Part shown: in pieces, positions 10,555-21,500 of the stretch
How the letters are laid out: each line of letters opens with the position of its first letter
How positions within the stretch are numbered: position 1 is the stretch's first letter
From: Candidatus Hydrogenedentota bacterium
GTDB taxonomy: Bacteria > Hydrogenedentota > Hydrogenedentia > Hydrogenedentales > SLHB01
DNA: 64,000 bases
Direction of reading: 5' to 3'
NCBI GenBank assembly: GCA_963668025.2
Contig: CAXXTH010000010.1
Location: forward strand, 576,001 to 640,000
Position numbers and translations under genes: made by a program
The notes under the pieces: model-generated
Seen by the model: only the letters and a program-made list of their open reading frames with translations
The model's database searches: none
What the model was told of the DNA's origin: nothing

Positions 10555-11700
10555 ATGCCGCACGAGCAGTTTGACCGGCGCCAATTGCAGATCCTTTCCA
10601 TTGAAGAACGCTCTAACAAGGTGTGCATCGAGAGAGATCATATACCTGTCACCGCGCGGCCGCGCCACTTGGACAGCATAAGCGAAGCCCTTATCGAGGA
10701 AACCGCCCAGCGCCTGCTCGCGGCGCGCGAGGCAGGCCGGCCCCGTATGATGGCCTTCGGCGCGCATTCCATAAAAAATGGCCTGGTGCGCGTGTTCACC
10801 CGGTTAATCGAGTCTGGCTGGATTACCCATCTGGCGACCAACGGCGCGGGGATTATCCATGACTGGGAATTCGCCTATTTGGGTTCAAGCAGCGAGGATG
10901 TGCGCGCGAATGTGGCGCAAGGCCGTTTTGGCATTTGGCGCGAGACGGGATACTACCTGAACCTAGCCATTCTCGTGGGGGCGTATGATGGCCTGGGATA
11001 CGGCGAAAGCGTGGGGCGCATGGTGGAGCAAGAAGGCCTGCAAATACCTTCTAAGCAAGCACTTAAAGAAGCCATATTCGCGAGCCTCGATACCGGGCCC
11101 GGCCGGGCGGGGGCGGCGTGCGATCTGCTCGAGGCCATCCAAGCCCATGATGTTCCCGCTGGATGGATGGCCATTCCGCATCCTTATAAGGCGTACGGCC
11201 TGCAAGCCGCCGCCTACCGGCTCGGTGTTCCTTTCACTGGGCATCCGATGATAGGCCATGATATTATCTACACCCACCCCATGAATCATTGCGCGGCCAT
11301 TGGACGGGCGGCGCAGCGCGATTTTCTCGCATTCGCCCATGGCGTGCAGAATATCGATAGCGGCGTATATTTGAGCGTGGGCTCCGCTGTTATGTCGCCG
11401 ATGATCTTCGAAAAATCGCTTTCCATGGCCCAAAATCTCGCCTTAGCCAGCGGAAAGCGCATCGAGAACCATTATATGCTCGTAGTGGATTTGCAGCCTT
11501 CCCATTGGGATTGGCGGCAAGGCGAACCGCCGGAAAACAATCCCGATTATTATCTGCGCTATTGCAAAACCTTCGCCCGCATGGGCGGAACCATGCGCTA
11601 CCTTAGTGCGGATAACCGGGATTTCCTGCTTGCGCTCGTACAGCGGCTCGAAAACATCCCGCCGGATGCAGGCTGGAAGAATCGTGGAGGGGGCCATTAA
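10555..11700 (+). CDS. Deoxyhypusine-synthase-like fold protein of unknown function
   Basis: GAHSIKNGL..ITHLATNGAGIIHDWE and GSAVMSPMIFEK motifs. GGAGG RBS precedes ATG 10555. Confidence 0.65.
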   Translation: MPHEQFDRRQLQILSIEERSNKVCIERDHIPVTARPRHLDSISEALIEETAQRLLAAREAGRPRMMAFGAHSIKNGLVRVFTRLIESGWITHLATNGAGIIHDWEFAYLGSSSEDVRANVAQGRFGIWRETGYYLNLAILVGAYDGLGYGESVGRMVEQEGLQIPSKQALKEAIFASLDTGPGRAGAACDLLEAIQAHDVPAGWMAIPHPYKAYGLQAAAYRLGVPFTGHPMIGHDIIYTHPMNHCAAIGRAAQRDFLAFAHGVQNIDSGVYLSVGSAVMSPMIFEKSLSMAQNLALASGKRIENHYMLVVDLQPSHWDWRQGEPPENNPDYYLRYCKTFARMGGTMRYLSADNRDFLLALVQRLENIPPDAGWKNRGGGH

Positions 11701-11735
11701 AGACCGTGAACGAATCGGGCTTGCTTCATGGCCTG

Positions 11736-13631
11736 TCAAGAAACGGCAAAATAGACCGTAAATATCGAGCCTTTTCCCTGTTCGCTCTGGACGGTAATGG
11801 CTCCATTATGCCCCCGGACAATCCCCAAGGCGGCCGCTAAACCTAATCCCCGGCCCGCGAACTTCGTCGTGAAGAAGGGATCAAAAAGATTGGCGCGGGT
11901 CTCGGCATCAATGCCGTGGCCCGTATCAGCCACTTCACAAAAGACATAGCTGCCCTCCCGGAGGTTTTCTTTTAACCATGCCCCGGAAAAAGTGGCGGCG
12001 CCGCACCATCGCTGGCCTGTAGTGACTCGGATGACGCCGCCCTTGGAATCAAGCGCTTCCCATGCATTCACCACCAGGTTGAGGAGCACTTGCTGAAGCT
12101 GGCTAATGTCGCCATTAATCGTAGGTAAATCCGGCTCCAGTATAAATTCGATGGTGGCCAGGGGCGGGGCGGAAGCGTGCAACAATCCCATGATCTCTTC
12201 CACCAGCTTGCTGAGGTGTATCGGGCGCACGATGCCTGGATCTTTACCTACATACGAGCGCATCTGGGAAGCAATGTTTGAAGCCCTGTCTGTAGCGGTC
12301 TTTATCTGGGCCAGCCAATTCTGTTCTGGCCTGTCTGCTTGTAATTTGAGCTGGAGCAATTCGGTGCATCCCGAAATGATCTGCAGCAAGTTGTTAAAAT
12401 CATGGGCGATTCCCCCGGCCATGATTCCCAGGCTCTCGAGCTTTTGGGTCTGCCACAATCGCTGCTCCATGAGCCGCTGCTCATGCAAGGCGTTTTGTTG
12501 CTCGGTGATATTCCGTATAAGCAATAAACGCCCCGATGACATGCCGTGCGGCAAGTGGAGGTCATTAATAGAGACATCAATCCATAAAGGCGCATGATTA
12601 ATGGAAGCTTCCACAACGGAATGGCCAGAAGTGCTCATACATGCGCGCTGAAGGGTGGGCCAGCGGCTTAATACAGAAGAAAGCCCTTGGCCTATATCAG
12701 CGGCGGAAAAACCGAGCATCTCTTGTGCGGCGCGGTTCATATCGACTAAGCGCTCGCGATTATCTATGACCAATACGGCGTCAGATAATTCTTGAAACAA
12801 GACATCATGCGCGATTGGCAAGAGATCCAGCAACCGCCAGCGATAAATGCTCCATGCCATCAGGAAGCAGGATACCGCGAACGCCATCGGTGTTAAATCC
12901 ACATATGGCAATGGCGTAATGCGCAAGACATATGCGATGTTCGTGACGCTTGGAATCAAGATGGCGCACATCAACACTAGGTATTGCTTTCGGAATGGCT
13001 GGGCCGAGCGCAGCATGGTGCGCAACAAACACCAGCTACCCACCAACAAAAATACATAGCTGTATGAAGCATTTAAAAAAAACGCCCAGCCATGCCCATA
13101 TTGAATGATGGCGTTTGGCTCATATGTTCTCGCTTCAATAGAAGGCCAGACCCACCCGTGCCATTCGTTCGTGAACACCAAGATAAGCATCGCCAAAGGC
13201 CACAGCCAAAGCCAAACGGCCCTCCGCCCCGAAAAAAACGTAGGCCTTCCAGAATATTGCAACGCGAACAACAGCCAGCAAGGCGGAATACTGACAATGC
13301 CAATATAGGATAGTTTGGAGCAGACAATCTTGATTATAAGGCTCGGAATGCCGAACTCGCACGCCTCCGCAATCGCCCATAGCGTAGCGCTGCACATCAT
13401 AAGCAGGAGATATTTCGCGCCGGGGGCGGCGCGGCGGCCCCAGATATACGCCGCCGCAATCAAGGCTATTATCGCCGCGGCCGATTGCCAAACGACATAT
13501 ATCCAAGCTTCCACGCTCAATGGAAAAATAACATCCTTATTAGCGGCTCGCCTAACATGGCGTGGGAAAAAGACGCCTCCGGGAAAGTATAAAAGAATCT
13601 CCCGAATATAGCCCCTTTCATCACCCACCAC
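11736..13631 (-). CDS. 7TM-PAS sensor histidine kinase (true start may be downstream of 13631)
   Basis: N-terminal 7TM region (HisKA_7TM-like, LVFTNEWHGW), PAS, H-box [36 protein letters not shown]. Confidence 0.92.
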   Translation of the reverse strand: MVGDERGYIREILLYFPGGVFFPRHVRRAANKDVIFPLSVEAWIYVVWQSAAAIIALIAAAYIWGRRAAPGAKYLLLMMCSATLWAIAEACEFGIPSLIIKIVCSKLSYIGIVSIPPCWLLFALQYSGRPTFFSGRRAVWLWLWPLAMLILVFTNEWHGWVWPSIEARTYEPNAIIQYGHGWAFFLNASYSYVFLLVGSWCLLRTMLRSAQPFRKQYLVLMCAILIPSVTNIAYVLRITPLPYVDLTPMAFAVSCFLMAWSIYRWRLLDLLPIAHDVLFQELSDAVLVIDNRERLVDMNRAAQEMLGFSAADIGQGLSSVLSRWPTLQRACMSTSGHSVVEASINHAPLWIDVSINDLHLPHGMSSGRLLLIRNITEQQNALHEQRLMEQRLWQTQKLESLGIMAGGIAHDFNNLLQIISGCTELLQLKLQADRPEQNWLAQIKTATDRASNIASQMRSYVGKDPGIVRPIHLSKLVEEIMGLLHASAPPLATIEFILEPDLPTINGDISQLQQVLLNLVVNAWEALDSKGGVIRVTTGQRWCGAATFSGAWLKENLREGSYVFCEVADTGHGIDAETRANLFDPFFTTKFAGRGLGLAAALGIVRGHNGAITVQSEQGKGSIFTVYFAVS

Positions 13632-13708
13632 GCCATTTCATTCCGGAATTATACTCGGAAATACACGACCGTGCGTAGAACCAATCCCCATGCTGGGGAA
13701 TGGGTCTC

Positions 13709-14110
13709 TCAGGAAGGCTCCTTGCCGTCTGGATCCCGTTTTTTTAGGGTGCTGGCGGCACGGCGTTGGTTCCGCCGGGAGGTCTTCCCGCTCCGGACGC
13801 CCAGCGTAAGCACGCCCACGCCGGTACAGGCCACGCCGAGCAAAATTAGCGCCCATGTGCCCGCGGCGGGCAACTCTGATGCCAGCAAACTCGGATAGCC
13901 AAGAGAATGCGGGGAAGCAGCTTCATGGAGATATGCCTGCGCAGTCGCGCTGGAAATGCCTCCCACGCCAAACGACGCCGCTACGGCTTCGGGTGGAAAA
14001 ACCAGCAGCACAACGGCGCACAACCCATAGAACAGCCCATATGCGCGGCGGGGGAAATCTGTCATTTCCATATCCTTCATGCGTTTTAGATGAATCTCCT
14101 GCGGCTGCAT
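13709..14110 (-). CDS. Small exported protein with LPAAG-TM-basic C-terminal tail
   Basis: Signal-like segment ending AVA-A, short spacer, then ELPAAGTWALILLGVACTGVGVLTLGVR and an Arg/Lys-rich tail. Confidence 0.55.
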   Translation of the reverse strand: MQPQEIHLKRMKDMEMTDFPRRAYGLFYGLCAVVLLVFPPEAVAASFGVGGISSATAQAYLHEAASPHSLGYPSLLASELPAAGTWALILLGVACTGVGVLTLGVRSGKTSRRNQRRAASTLKKRDPDGKEPS

Positions 14111-14327
14111 GCCATAGCAGGCGTATCGGACTGGCCTGCGGCAAACTCCGCCTCATGATGAAAGCCGTTCGCATTTCAAAGCGAACCCGGCTAATATCAG
14201 TAGATATATTATACGCCAAACCGTTCAAAATCATTTTCTCTTGCGTCGCGGCTCAAATAGCCATGGCCCAGATATAATGGCCATGCGCACCAGTGCACGC
14301 ATGAGCAGGCTTTAGGAAGCAAGAAAC

Positions 14328-15200
14328 ATGACGCCGGACGAATTCGGGTTCACGTGGGAACAGACGCCACCGGTCGCACCTGCCCTGATGAGCACAAGAT
14401 ACCAGCACCTCATCGAGAAAGGCTCGCTCGTGCGACGCCAGCATCCCGCATGGCTTATCGAATATGCGTATAGCCGCATGGGCTCATATCGCGTGGTTTC
14501 GCCCACGCGCCCATGGCGCGTATGGGAAGCCCAGACCGCCCATCTGTTTCCTCCCGGCGCTACCCGGTGGGAAGACACCCATGGAGCCGATGAAACCTTG
14601 AAGCACTGCGCCTGCGTCGCGTTCAGTGGCGGCGATGCGGCAGGTTTATCGAAGCTGATTCTACCACGATATCATTTCGCCCGGTTTCTGGATCCCGATG
14701 GGGCGATGGGAGAGCTTATTGAACAGATAGCCCGGACAGGCCACCAATTGCGCGAAGAAGGCTTTTGGCGCGCCCAGGGCTTGCTTTGTGCTCTTTTCGA
14801 TATGATGCTGTGCAACGCCACATACATCGAGCACGAAACATGGCTCATTAGCGAAGGCCCGCACATGAAAAGGCCTTCGCTTCTGGTGCAAGACGCCGAG
14901 CAATATATGCTTGCGCATTTGGCCGAGCCTGTATCCTTGCAAAGCATGGCGCATCACCTCAACGTGAGCATCTCTTCTTTATCCCACCGTTTTAGGGAAG
15001 CAACCGGCCAATCCCCCATGGCGCGGCTCCGCCGCTTGCGCATTACGCTGGCAAAGTCGCTCTTGCTCCAAGGACAGCCGCTGAAGGACATCGCTTCCGC
15101 GGCGGGCTTCTGCGACGCTTTTCATCTATCGAAAGCCTTTAAAATCGAGGAAGGCGAGCCGCCCCGCCGTTATCTCGAGCGGCTGCGCGGACCCAAATGA
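14328..15200 (+). CDS. AraC-family transcriptional regulator
   Basis: C-terminal double HTH: SLSHRFREATGQSP and LKDIASAAGFCDAFHLSKAFK..GEPP. Confidence 0.92.
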   Translation: MTPDEFGFTWEQTPPVAPALMSTRYQHLIEKGSLVRRQHPAWLIEYAYSRMGSYRVVSPTRPWRVWEAQTAHLFPPGATRWEDTHGADETLKHCACVAFSGGDAAGLSKLILPRYHFARFLDPDGAMGELIEQIARTGHQLREEGFWRAQGLLCALFDMMLCNATYIEHETWLISEGPHMKRPSLLVQDAEQYMLAHLAEPVSLQSMAHHLNVSISSLSHRFREATGQSPMARLRRLRITLAKSLLLQGQPLKDIASAAGFCDAFHLSKAFKIEEGEPPRRYLERLRGPK

Positions 15201-15209
15201 AACCGGCCT

Positions 15210-15497
15210 TCACAAAGGCCCTTCCACGAATTCATGCAGCCGGTAAAAGACACTGCGGTCGTAATCATCCCGCAAGCGCACCTCGAGTACATCATAGAGT
15301 TTTTCAAGCTGGCTCATGACTTGAGGCAGCCGCTCGTCCTCGTCCACGAGCAAATACATTTGGCTGGTCCGCCCATCGCCCACCGGCCCGCAGAGGATGC
15401 CGTCTATGTTGAAGGCACGCCTCGAAAACATGCCCGTGATATGCGACATGACGCCCGCGTGGTTGTTCACGGCCAATTCGATGACAGGTTTACGCAT
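15210..15497 (-). CDS. ilvN: Acetolactate synthase small regulatory subunit (short ACT type)
   Basis: ELAVNNHAGVMSHITGMFSRRAFNIDGI. Overlaps the ilvB stop. Confidence 0.92.
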   Translation of the reverse strand: MRKPVIELAVNNHAGVMSHITGMFSRRAFNIDGILCGPVGDGRTSQMYLLVDEDERLPQVMSQLEKLYDVLEVRLRDDYDRSVFYRLHEFVEGPL

Positions 15498-17166
15498 GAG
15501 CCAGTTCTCCTCCAATCATTTCCCGGTTCGCACCGCCCGGCGGCACCATGGGAAACACATTTTCCGCATAATGGATGGGCACATTGACCAGGCAAGGCCC
15601 GCGATGTTCGAAGGCGCGCGCCGCCATTTCCAACGGCTCGTTGGTTTCCGCCAAATCGAACGCCACTAAACCAAATCCCCGCGCTATCGCAGCGAAATCG
15701 GGCGCGGCATGAAATTTCGAGGCGATATAGCGCCCGCCATAAAACAATTCCTGTTGCTGCCGCACCAACCCTAGATGCTCGTTGTTCATGATGAAAACCT
15801 TCACATCCAAGTTCTGCTCCGCCAAGGTGGCCAATTCTTGGATATTCATCAAAATGGACCCGTCGCCGCTGACACACACCACACGCTGGCCGGGGCGCGA
15901 CAATGCCGCCCCAATCGCGGCGGGCAATCCAAAACCCATCGTGCCCAGGCCCGCCGAGGTTTGCAGCATGCGCGGGCGAGTGACCGGATACGCTTGTGCG
16001 GTCCACATCTGGTGCTGGCCGACATCCGTTGTGACAATGGCATCGGGCCCAGCCTGCGCGGCCAACTGGCGGATGAAATGTAGCGGGTGCAGCGGCTCGT
16101 CCGCCGGGGGCAGCACAAAGGGGAAAGCAGCACGCAATTCCGCGATGCGGTGGTTCCATTCGGGGCGTCCATCCCGGCGGACGCGCCCCAGGGCTTCCCG
16201 CAATACGACGCCCACATCGCCCATGATAGCCAGATTGGCCGCCTTGATCTTGCCAATCTCCGAGGGATCGATGTCCACATGCACGATATCCGCATGGCGG
16301 CAGAAATCGGCCACGCGGCCCGTAGCGCGGTCATCGAACCGGACGCCTAACGCCAGCAACAAGTCCGCTTCTTCAAGGGCTAAGTTGACATAACGCGCGC
16401 CATGCATCCCCAGCATGCCCAACCAAAGCGGATCATCGGGCGGAAACGCCCCCAGCCCCATCAAGGTCGAGACCACCGGAATGCCATTACAGCGCGCAAA
16501 ATCCGCCAAAGCTGCCGATGCGCCTGCGGCAATGACGCCGCCGCCCACGTACAGAACCGGGCGTTTCGCGGCGTGGAGCCTATCGAGCATGCGGCCCACG
16601 GCTTCCGTATCGCAGGGCGCCGAAGGCGCGGGCGCTCCCGGTTCGGGCCAGGCGTCGAACTCCACGGACTGGGTCTGCACATCCTTGGGCACGTCAATCA
16701 CGACAGGCCCCGGACGGCCCGATTCGGCGATGGCGAACGTCTGCGGGACCACATCGAGCAATTCCGCCGCACTGCGCACCATGAAGTTGTGCTTGGTGAT
16801 GGGCACGGTAAGGCCATAGGTGTCCACTTCTTGGAAGGCGTCCGTGCCGATCAGGCTGGTGGCGACCTGGCCCGTAATGGCGACCATGGGTATCGAATCG
16901 AGTTTCGCGTCGGCGATGGCCGTCAACAGGTTCGTCGCGCCGGGCCCGGAAGTCCCGAGGCACACCGCCGCGCGCCCCGTGGCCCGGGCCATGCCCTGGG
17001 CGATGAAGCCCGCGCCTTGTTCATGCCGCGCCAGCACGTGGCGGATGGCGCTTTCGCGCAAGGCGTCATAGAGCGGCAAATTGCATCCGCCGGGAATGCC
17101 TGCCACGGTATGGATGCCCTGCCGTTCGAGCAGCGCCGCGATGATCTGCGCGCCTGTCTTTCGCAT
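15490..17166 (-). CDS. ilvB: Acetolactate synthase large subunit
   Basis: RHEQGA, TSGPGATN, GTDAFQE, RFDDR, DVGQHQMW, TPP motif GDGS..NN. GAGGAGG RBS. Confidence 0.97.
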   Translation of the reverse strand: MRKTGAQIIAALLERQGIHTVAGIPGGCNLPLYDALRESAIRHVLARHEQGAGFIAQGMARATGRAAVCLGTSGPGATNLLTAIADAKLDSIPMVAITGQVATSLIGTDAFQEVDTYGLTVPITKHNFMVRSAAELLDVVPQTFAIAESGRPGPVVIDVPKDVQTQSVEFDAWPEPGAPAPSAPCDTEAVGRMLDRLHAAKRPVLYVGGGVIAAGASAALADFARCNGIPVVSTLMGLGAFPPDDPLWLGMLGMHGARYVNLALEEADLLLALGVRFDDRATGRVADFCRHADIVHVDIDPSEIGKIKAANLAIMGDVGVVLREALGRVRRDGRPEWNHRIAELRAAFPFVLPPADEPLHPLHFIRQLAAQAGPDAIVTTDVGQHQMWTAQAYPVTRPRMLQTSAGLGTMGFGLPAAIGAALSRPGQRVVCVSGDGSILMNIQELATLAEQNLDVKVFIMNNEHLGLVRQQQELFYGGRYIASKFHAAPDFAAIARGFGLVAFDLAETNEPLEMAARAFEHRGPCLVNVPIHYAENVFPMVPPGGANREMIGGELAHA

Positions 17167-17220
17167 GGTGCGTCCTCCTCGTTTTGTTTCGCGGGTTCAC
17201 CGGGCGGGGAGTGCGCACAT

Positions 17221-17258
17221 AAGAAGAGCCCCCGTCGGCTACGCGCCGCGGGGGCTCT
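17221..17258 (-). terminator. Attenuator terminator hairpin of the ilvBN leader
   Basis: Minus strand AGAGCCCCCG-CGGCGCGTAGCCGA-CGGGGGCTCT followed by TCTT, starting 25 nt after the leader stop. Confidence 0.85.
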
Positions 17259-17283
17259 GGATTGATTGTCTGAGAGCTGGACC

Positions 17284-17385
17284 CTACGGCGCGCAACGCA
17301 CCACCACGAGCCGTACTACTACGAGCACGGCCATCGTGAGGCGTACGTTGTTTTCGCCAGCAGAGTACACGACAGCTTCTTCCAT
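17284..17385 (-). CDS. ivbL: ilvBN leader peptide (Val/Leu-rich), not in ORF track
   Basis: MEEAVVYSAGENNVRLTMAVLVVVRLVVVRCAP*, with an alternative GTG start at 17370. The C-terminus parallels enterobacterial IvbL (VVVVRVVVVVGNAP). Confidence 0.85.
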   Translation of the reverse strand: MEEAVVYSAGENNVRLTMAVLVVVRLVVVRCAP

Positions 17386-17423
17386 TAATGCGATTAACCA
17401 GCGCGCCATGCGCCGGTTAATGA

Positions 17424-17452
17424 TTTATACCACAATGCCTGCCGTGCGTCAA
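17424..17452 (-). promoter_or_regulatory. sigma70 promoter of the ilvBN leader
   Basis: TTGACG-N17-TATAAA with extended -10 TG. Confidence 0.7.
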
Positions 17453-17707
17453 ACTTCCTTTTGGCTCTTCGTTAGAACTCGTGGGTGGATAGAGTTTCCG
17501 TGAATGGTCACTTGTTTTTGCAAAAGAACTTAAACGATTCGATGGAGCAGCGGATTTGGCATCAAAAGCCTTTCCCGCTAATGCGCCCTCCGTAAGGAGG
17601 ACATCGAAATGGAAACCCAAACGGTTCTGGATCTCAAGCGCCTATATCTGAAAACCAAAGACGGGAAAGCAGACGGGTTGGGTGAAACATGGGCATATGC
17701 ACTTGTC

Positions 17708-17870
17708 TTTTTTCCACCACGGGGACACGGGGAACGTATACCGTATCCCATGGCATTCAGTATTATAGTCGTTAATAGAGTTTACCCTGAATGTTAAGTC
17801 CTGTTTCTTAGGCATTTGTTTCGTGAACGCCCTTCGTTCCCCGTGGCTCCCCGTGTCCGTGGTTAAAAAA
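17708..17870. repeat. Long-range inverted repeat built from tandem CACGGGG units (MITE-like)
   Basis: Left arm T6-CCACCACGGGGACACGGGGAACG (17708-17736). Right arm CGTTCCCCGTGGCTCCCCGTGTCCGTGGTT-A6 (17835-17870). Confidence 0.7.
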
Positions 17871-17968
17871 GCTTCTTTGAACAGGATCGCCACTACCTGC
17901 ATGTTATTCCTAGTGCTCAAACGACCACAAATTCTACTAACGCAGCATAGCAGCAACGAAGTGTTTCG

Positions 17969-18007
17969 TTTTTTTACCGCGAATAGACGCGAATGAACGC
18001 GAATGAA
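17969..18007 (+). repeat. Single arm with three tandem CGCGAAT units
   Basis: T7-ACCGCGAATAGACGCGAATGAACGCGAATGAA. Confidence 0.65.
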
Positions 18008-18530
18008 TCATCTCATGGTTTCAATGGCATTGTGGGTACGACATTCGGATATAGGATCTGCGGGGATATACCTGTTGTTAGTTTTCTATGGATCTTGACG
18101 TTCTTCGCGGCTTGCGTGAAATAGGATTCAAGATAAACCTTGCCTCTCGTATGAGCCTATATCATCCTGTCTAGTATGCTAGTTGTGTGGAAATTCTGAT
18201 ACCCAACGGAATGGGCCGCTGGACCTACTGTACCCTGAAGATGCCTATTTTCGTATCCTTATGCGAAGGATTCTGCCGCCAGCCCCGCGCGGATAATTAG
18301 TCCCTCGCCATTTTGGGGGCCAGCCGGAAAAAAGCAGACTGTGATACGTTGGCAATCACATGGTTCTGACTTCCTAGGCCATTTGCAGGTCGAAGAGACG
18401 ATGTAGAATAATGCGGTCTAGAGCGTATGCATCTCGAACCACTTTCAATTGGATTCTATTCCTTGGCCTTCTGAGGCAATAAGGGAAAGGATGACTGTGT
18501 GTGAATCTTTACAGCGAGTTTACTTGAGGA

Positions 18531-21500
18531 GTGGAGGGAGATATGGAGATTTCATCGGTACTCAAGGAACAGGTTGCTCAACAAAAGGTCGCGCTATTCC
18601 TAGGAGCAGGTGCATCTTTGGATGCACGGGATGTGCGGGCTGATAGGCAGCCATCGGCTCTCGATGGACGAGGTTTGGGGGAAAAGCTCAGTGATCGTTA
18701 TCTTTCTGGCAAATTCCAGGATAGGCCGTTGCACGAGATTGCGGAATATGCTATTTCAGAGAGTGGCCTTGTTGACGTTCAGGAGTACATTCGAGATGAA
18801 ATGCAATATCTCGAACCAACAGAGGCTCATCTGCTGATGTCCAGGTTCCGATGGGCTGGTCTGGCAACCACAAACTATGATCTACTAATTGAAAAAGCAT
18901 ATGCAAAAAGCACTGATGCTTGCCAGCATCCCGTAGCCTTTGTCGAGAATGGTGACTCCGTAGACGACAAACTACAAACTGCAGACAACGTGATGTTGCT
19001 TAAGTTGCATGGCTGCATTACCCGGACACGAAATCCCAAATGCCCTCTAATACTCGCAACGGATCAATATATCACGCATAGGGAGGGACGCTCAAGGATA
19101 TTCGCTCACCTAAAAGAGTGGTCTTATGAAAGGACGTTTATATTTATAGGCCATAGTCTACAGGATAGTGATATAAGGCAAATCATCCTGGAAATGCGTG
19201 AAGAAGGGGTAGACCGTCGACACTACATCGTCGACCCCAACATGGATGCTGTCCGCTTGCGCTACTGGGAGGGCCGAAAGATCACCTGCATGCGGTTCAC
19301 CTTTCTCAGTTTCCTTCAGACTCTTGACGAATTGCTAGATTCCCCATTCAGGAATCTTCATATACCGCAAACCATACCTAGAGCCCCAGCTCTTAAGGAG
19401 ATTCCAGACCAACGTAAAGACTTAAGTAGCGCATGTATTGGATTCCTTACAAGGGATGTTGACTACGTCCGCAGTCTCGAAAATATTCCGCACACTACAC
19501 CTCAGCTGTTCTACAAAGGCAATAGCGAGGGATGGGCAGCCATCGAGCAAGACCTTGATGTCAGGAGAAGACTAGAAGACCAAGTGCTTTGTGATTATTT
19601 CCTAGATGATGATGCAAGCCAAAAGAACAGGCCAACACTTATAGTGATCAAAGGCCACGCAGGTTCAGGGAAAACAGTCCTATTGAAGCGTCTTTGTTGG
19701 GAAGCTTCGCGAAGTTACGAAAGAGCTTGTCTGTATCTCCGTGATGAGGGGACTATGTCCGTTGGCATTCTTCAAGAATTTCTAGAGGCGCTGCCAAACC
19801 GACTTTTTATATTCGTAGACCAAGCCTCCAAGAGACTTCGTGAGATCCGGTCTCTATTTGATCATATCGGAAGCATTGGCGCAAAACTGACCGTGGTAAC
19901 AACAGAAAGGATTAATGAATGGAATACAAACTGTCAAGAATTATCCGATCTAGTTTCAAAGGAATACCGGCTTGGCTATCTATCTGAATCTGAAATCAAC
20001 TCACTTATAGATCTTCTGGAAAAGCATAAATCGCTCGGCGCTCTTGACAAAAAATCCAAAGAGGAAAGGCAACATGCTTTCAAGCAACACGCGGGGAGGC
20101 AATTGCTTGTTGCATTGCACGAAGCTACATTGGGAAGGAAGTTTGAGGATATTATCGAGGATGAATACCGTGGAGTAGTGCCATTTCAGGCTCAAAGTAT
20201 ATATCTGACGATATGTGTTCTAAACAGGTTAGGAGTACCGGTTAGAGCTGGTGTCATTTCGAGAATCCACGAAGTGTCTTTCGAGGATTTCAAACGAGAT
20301 TTCTTTTCTCCTCTTGAGATGGTAGTACAGACCCATAGAAATGAGATCTTGAACGATTTTGTTTATACGGCGAGACATCCCGAAATTGCCCAGATCGTGT
20401 TTGAGAGAATACTTAACACAGAGGAGTCTCGATTCGATCTGTATGCACGATGCCTGCGGGGTCTGAATATTGATTATTCAGTTGATAGACAGGCGGTACG
20501 TATGATGATAAGAGGACGTAGTGTACTGGAACTGTTTCCCAATCATGAAATAGCGAGCCAGATTCTGGATTTGGCCATTTCGACGCTGGGGTCTGATGCA
20601 TATGTCTTTCACCAATCAGCCCTATATGAACTCCATAGGACTAATGGAAATCTGCGCCGAGTCAAGGATCTTCTTGATAAAGCTGAAGAATGCGATTCTA
20701 CAGATATGAGCCTGAAGCATTCTCGAGCTGAGTACCACCTTAGATGTGCTGCGCAAGCTTCGACTCTCCTCGAGGAGGAAAAGCATCTTCAGGCCGCTTT
20801 GGATGTTGCTCATGCTCTTGCTGGTTTGCGTTCTGCGACAGCTCATCCTTTTCATACAATGATGAAAGTACAGATGGGCAGATTGGAGAGATATCTTGGC
20901 TCAATTAGCGAGGGAGAGGCGAGTCAGGAAACAGGTGTGTTAGTAGCAAATGCAGAGGAGGTTCTGGCAAAAGGGCTCCAATTGTTCCCAAAGGACTCGT
21001 ATCTACTAGATGCTGAGCACAAACTGGCATCCCTTTTGAAGGACTCAGCGAGAGCATTGACCGCACTCAAGGATGCTTTTGATACGAATCCCCGTAATGC
21101 CTACCTTGCAGCCAGGCTTGCAAAAGTTTATAGCGAGATGTGCCAGAGTGATGAAGCGGTGAAGGTATTAAAGGCTGCACTATCAGCTAACAGAGGAAAC
21201 ACGCAACTGAATTTTGAACTTGCGAATCTTCTTATGTCTATGCATGGCCATCAAGATGATGAGGTCGAGTACTACTTACATCGAAGCTACTCTCCAGGTG
21301 ATGGCAACCATAAGGCGAGGATGCTATACGGCCAACAACTCTATATTAATGATAAAATAACAGAAGCGAAGAGTGTCTTCGCAGAATTGGAAAAAGCAAA
21401 TGCTGGATACGAGGATCGCATAAAGCCAATTCTGCCTCTTGAGGGGAGGTTCAGTGGGGTGATAACTCGCCTATGTGGTACCTATGGCTTCATCAAAAGA

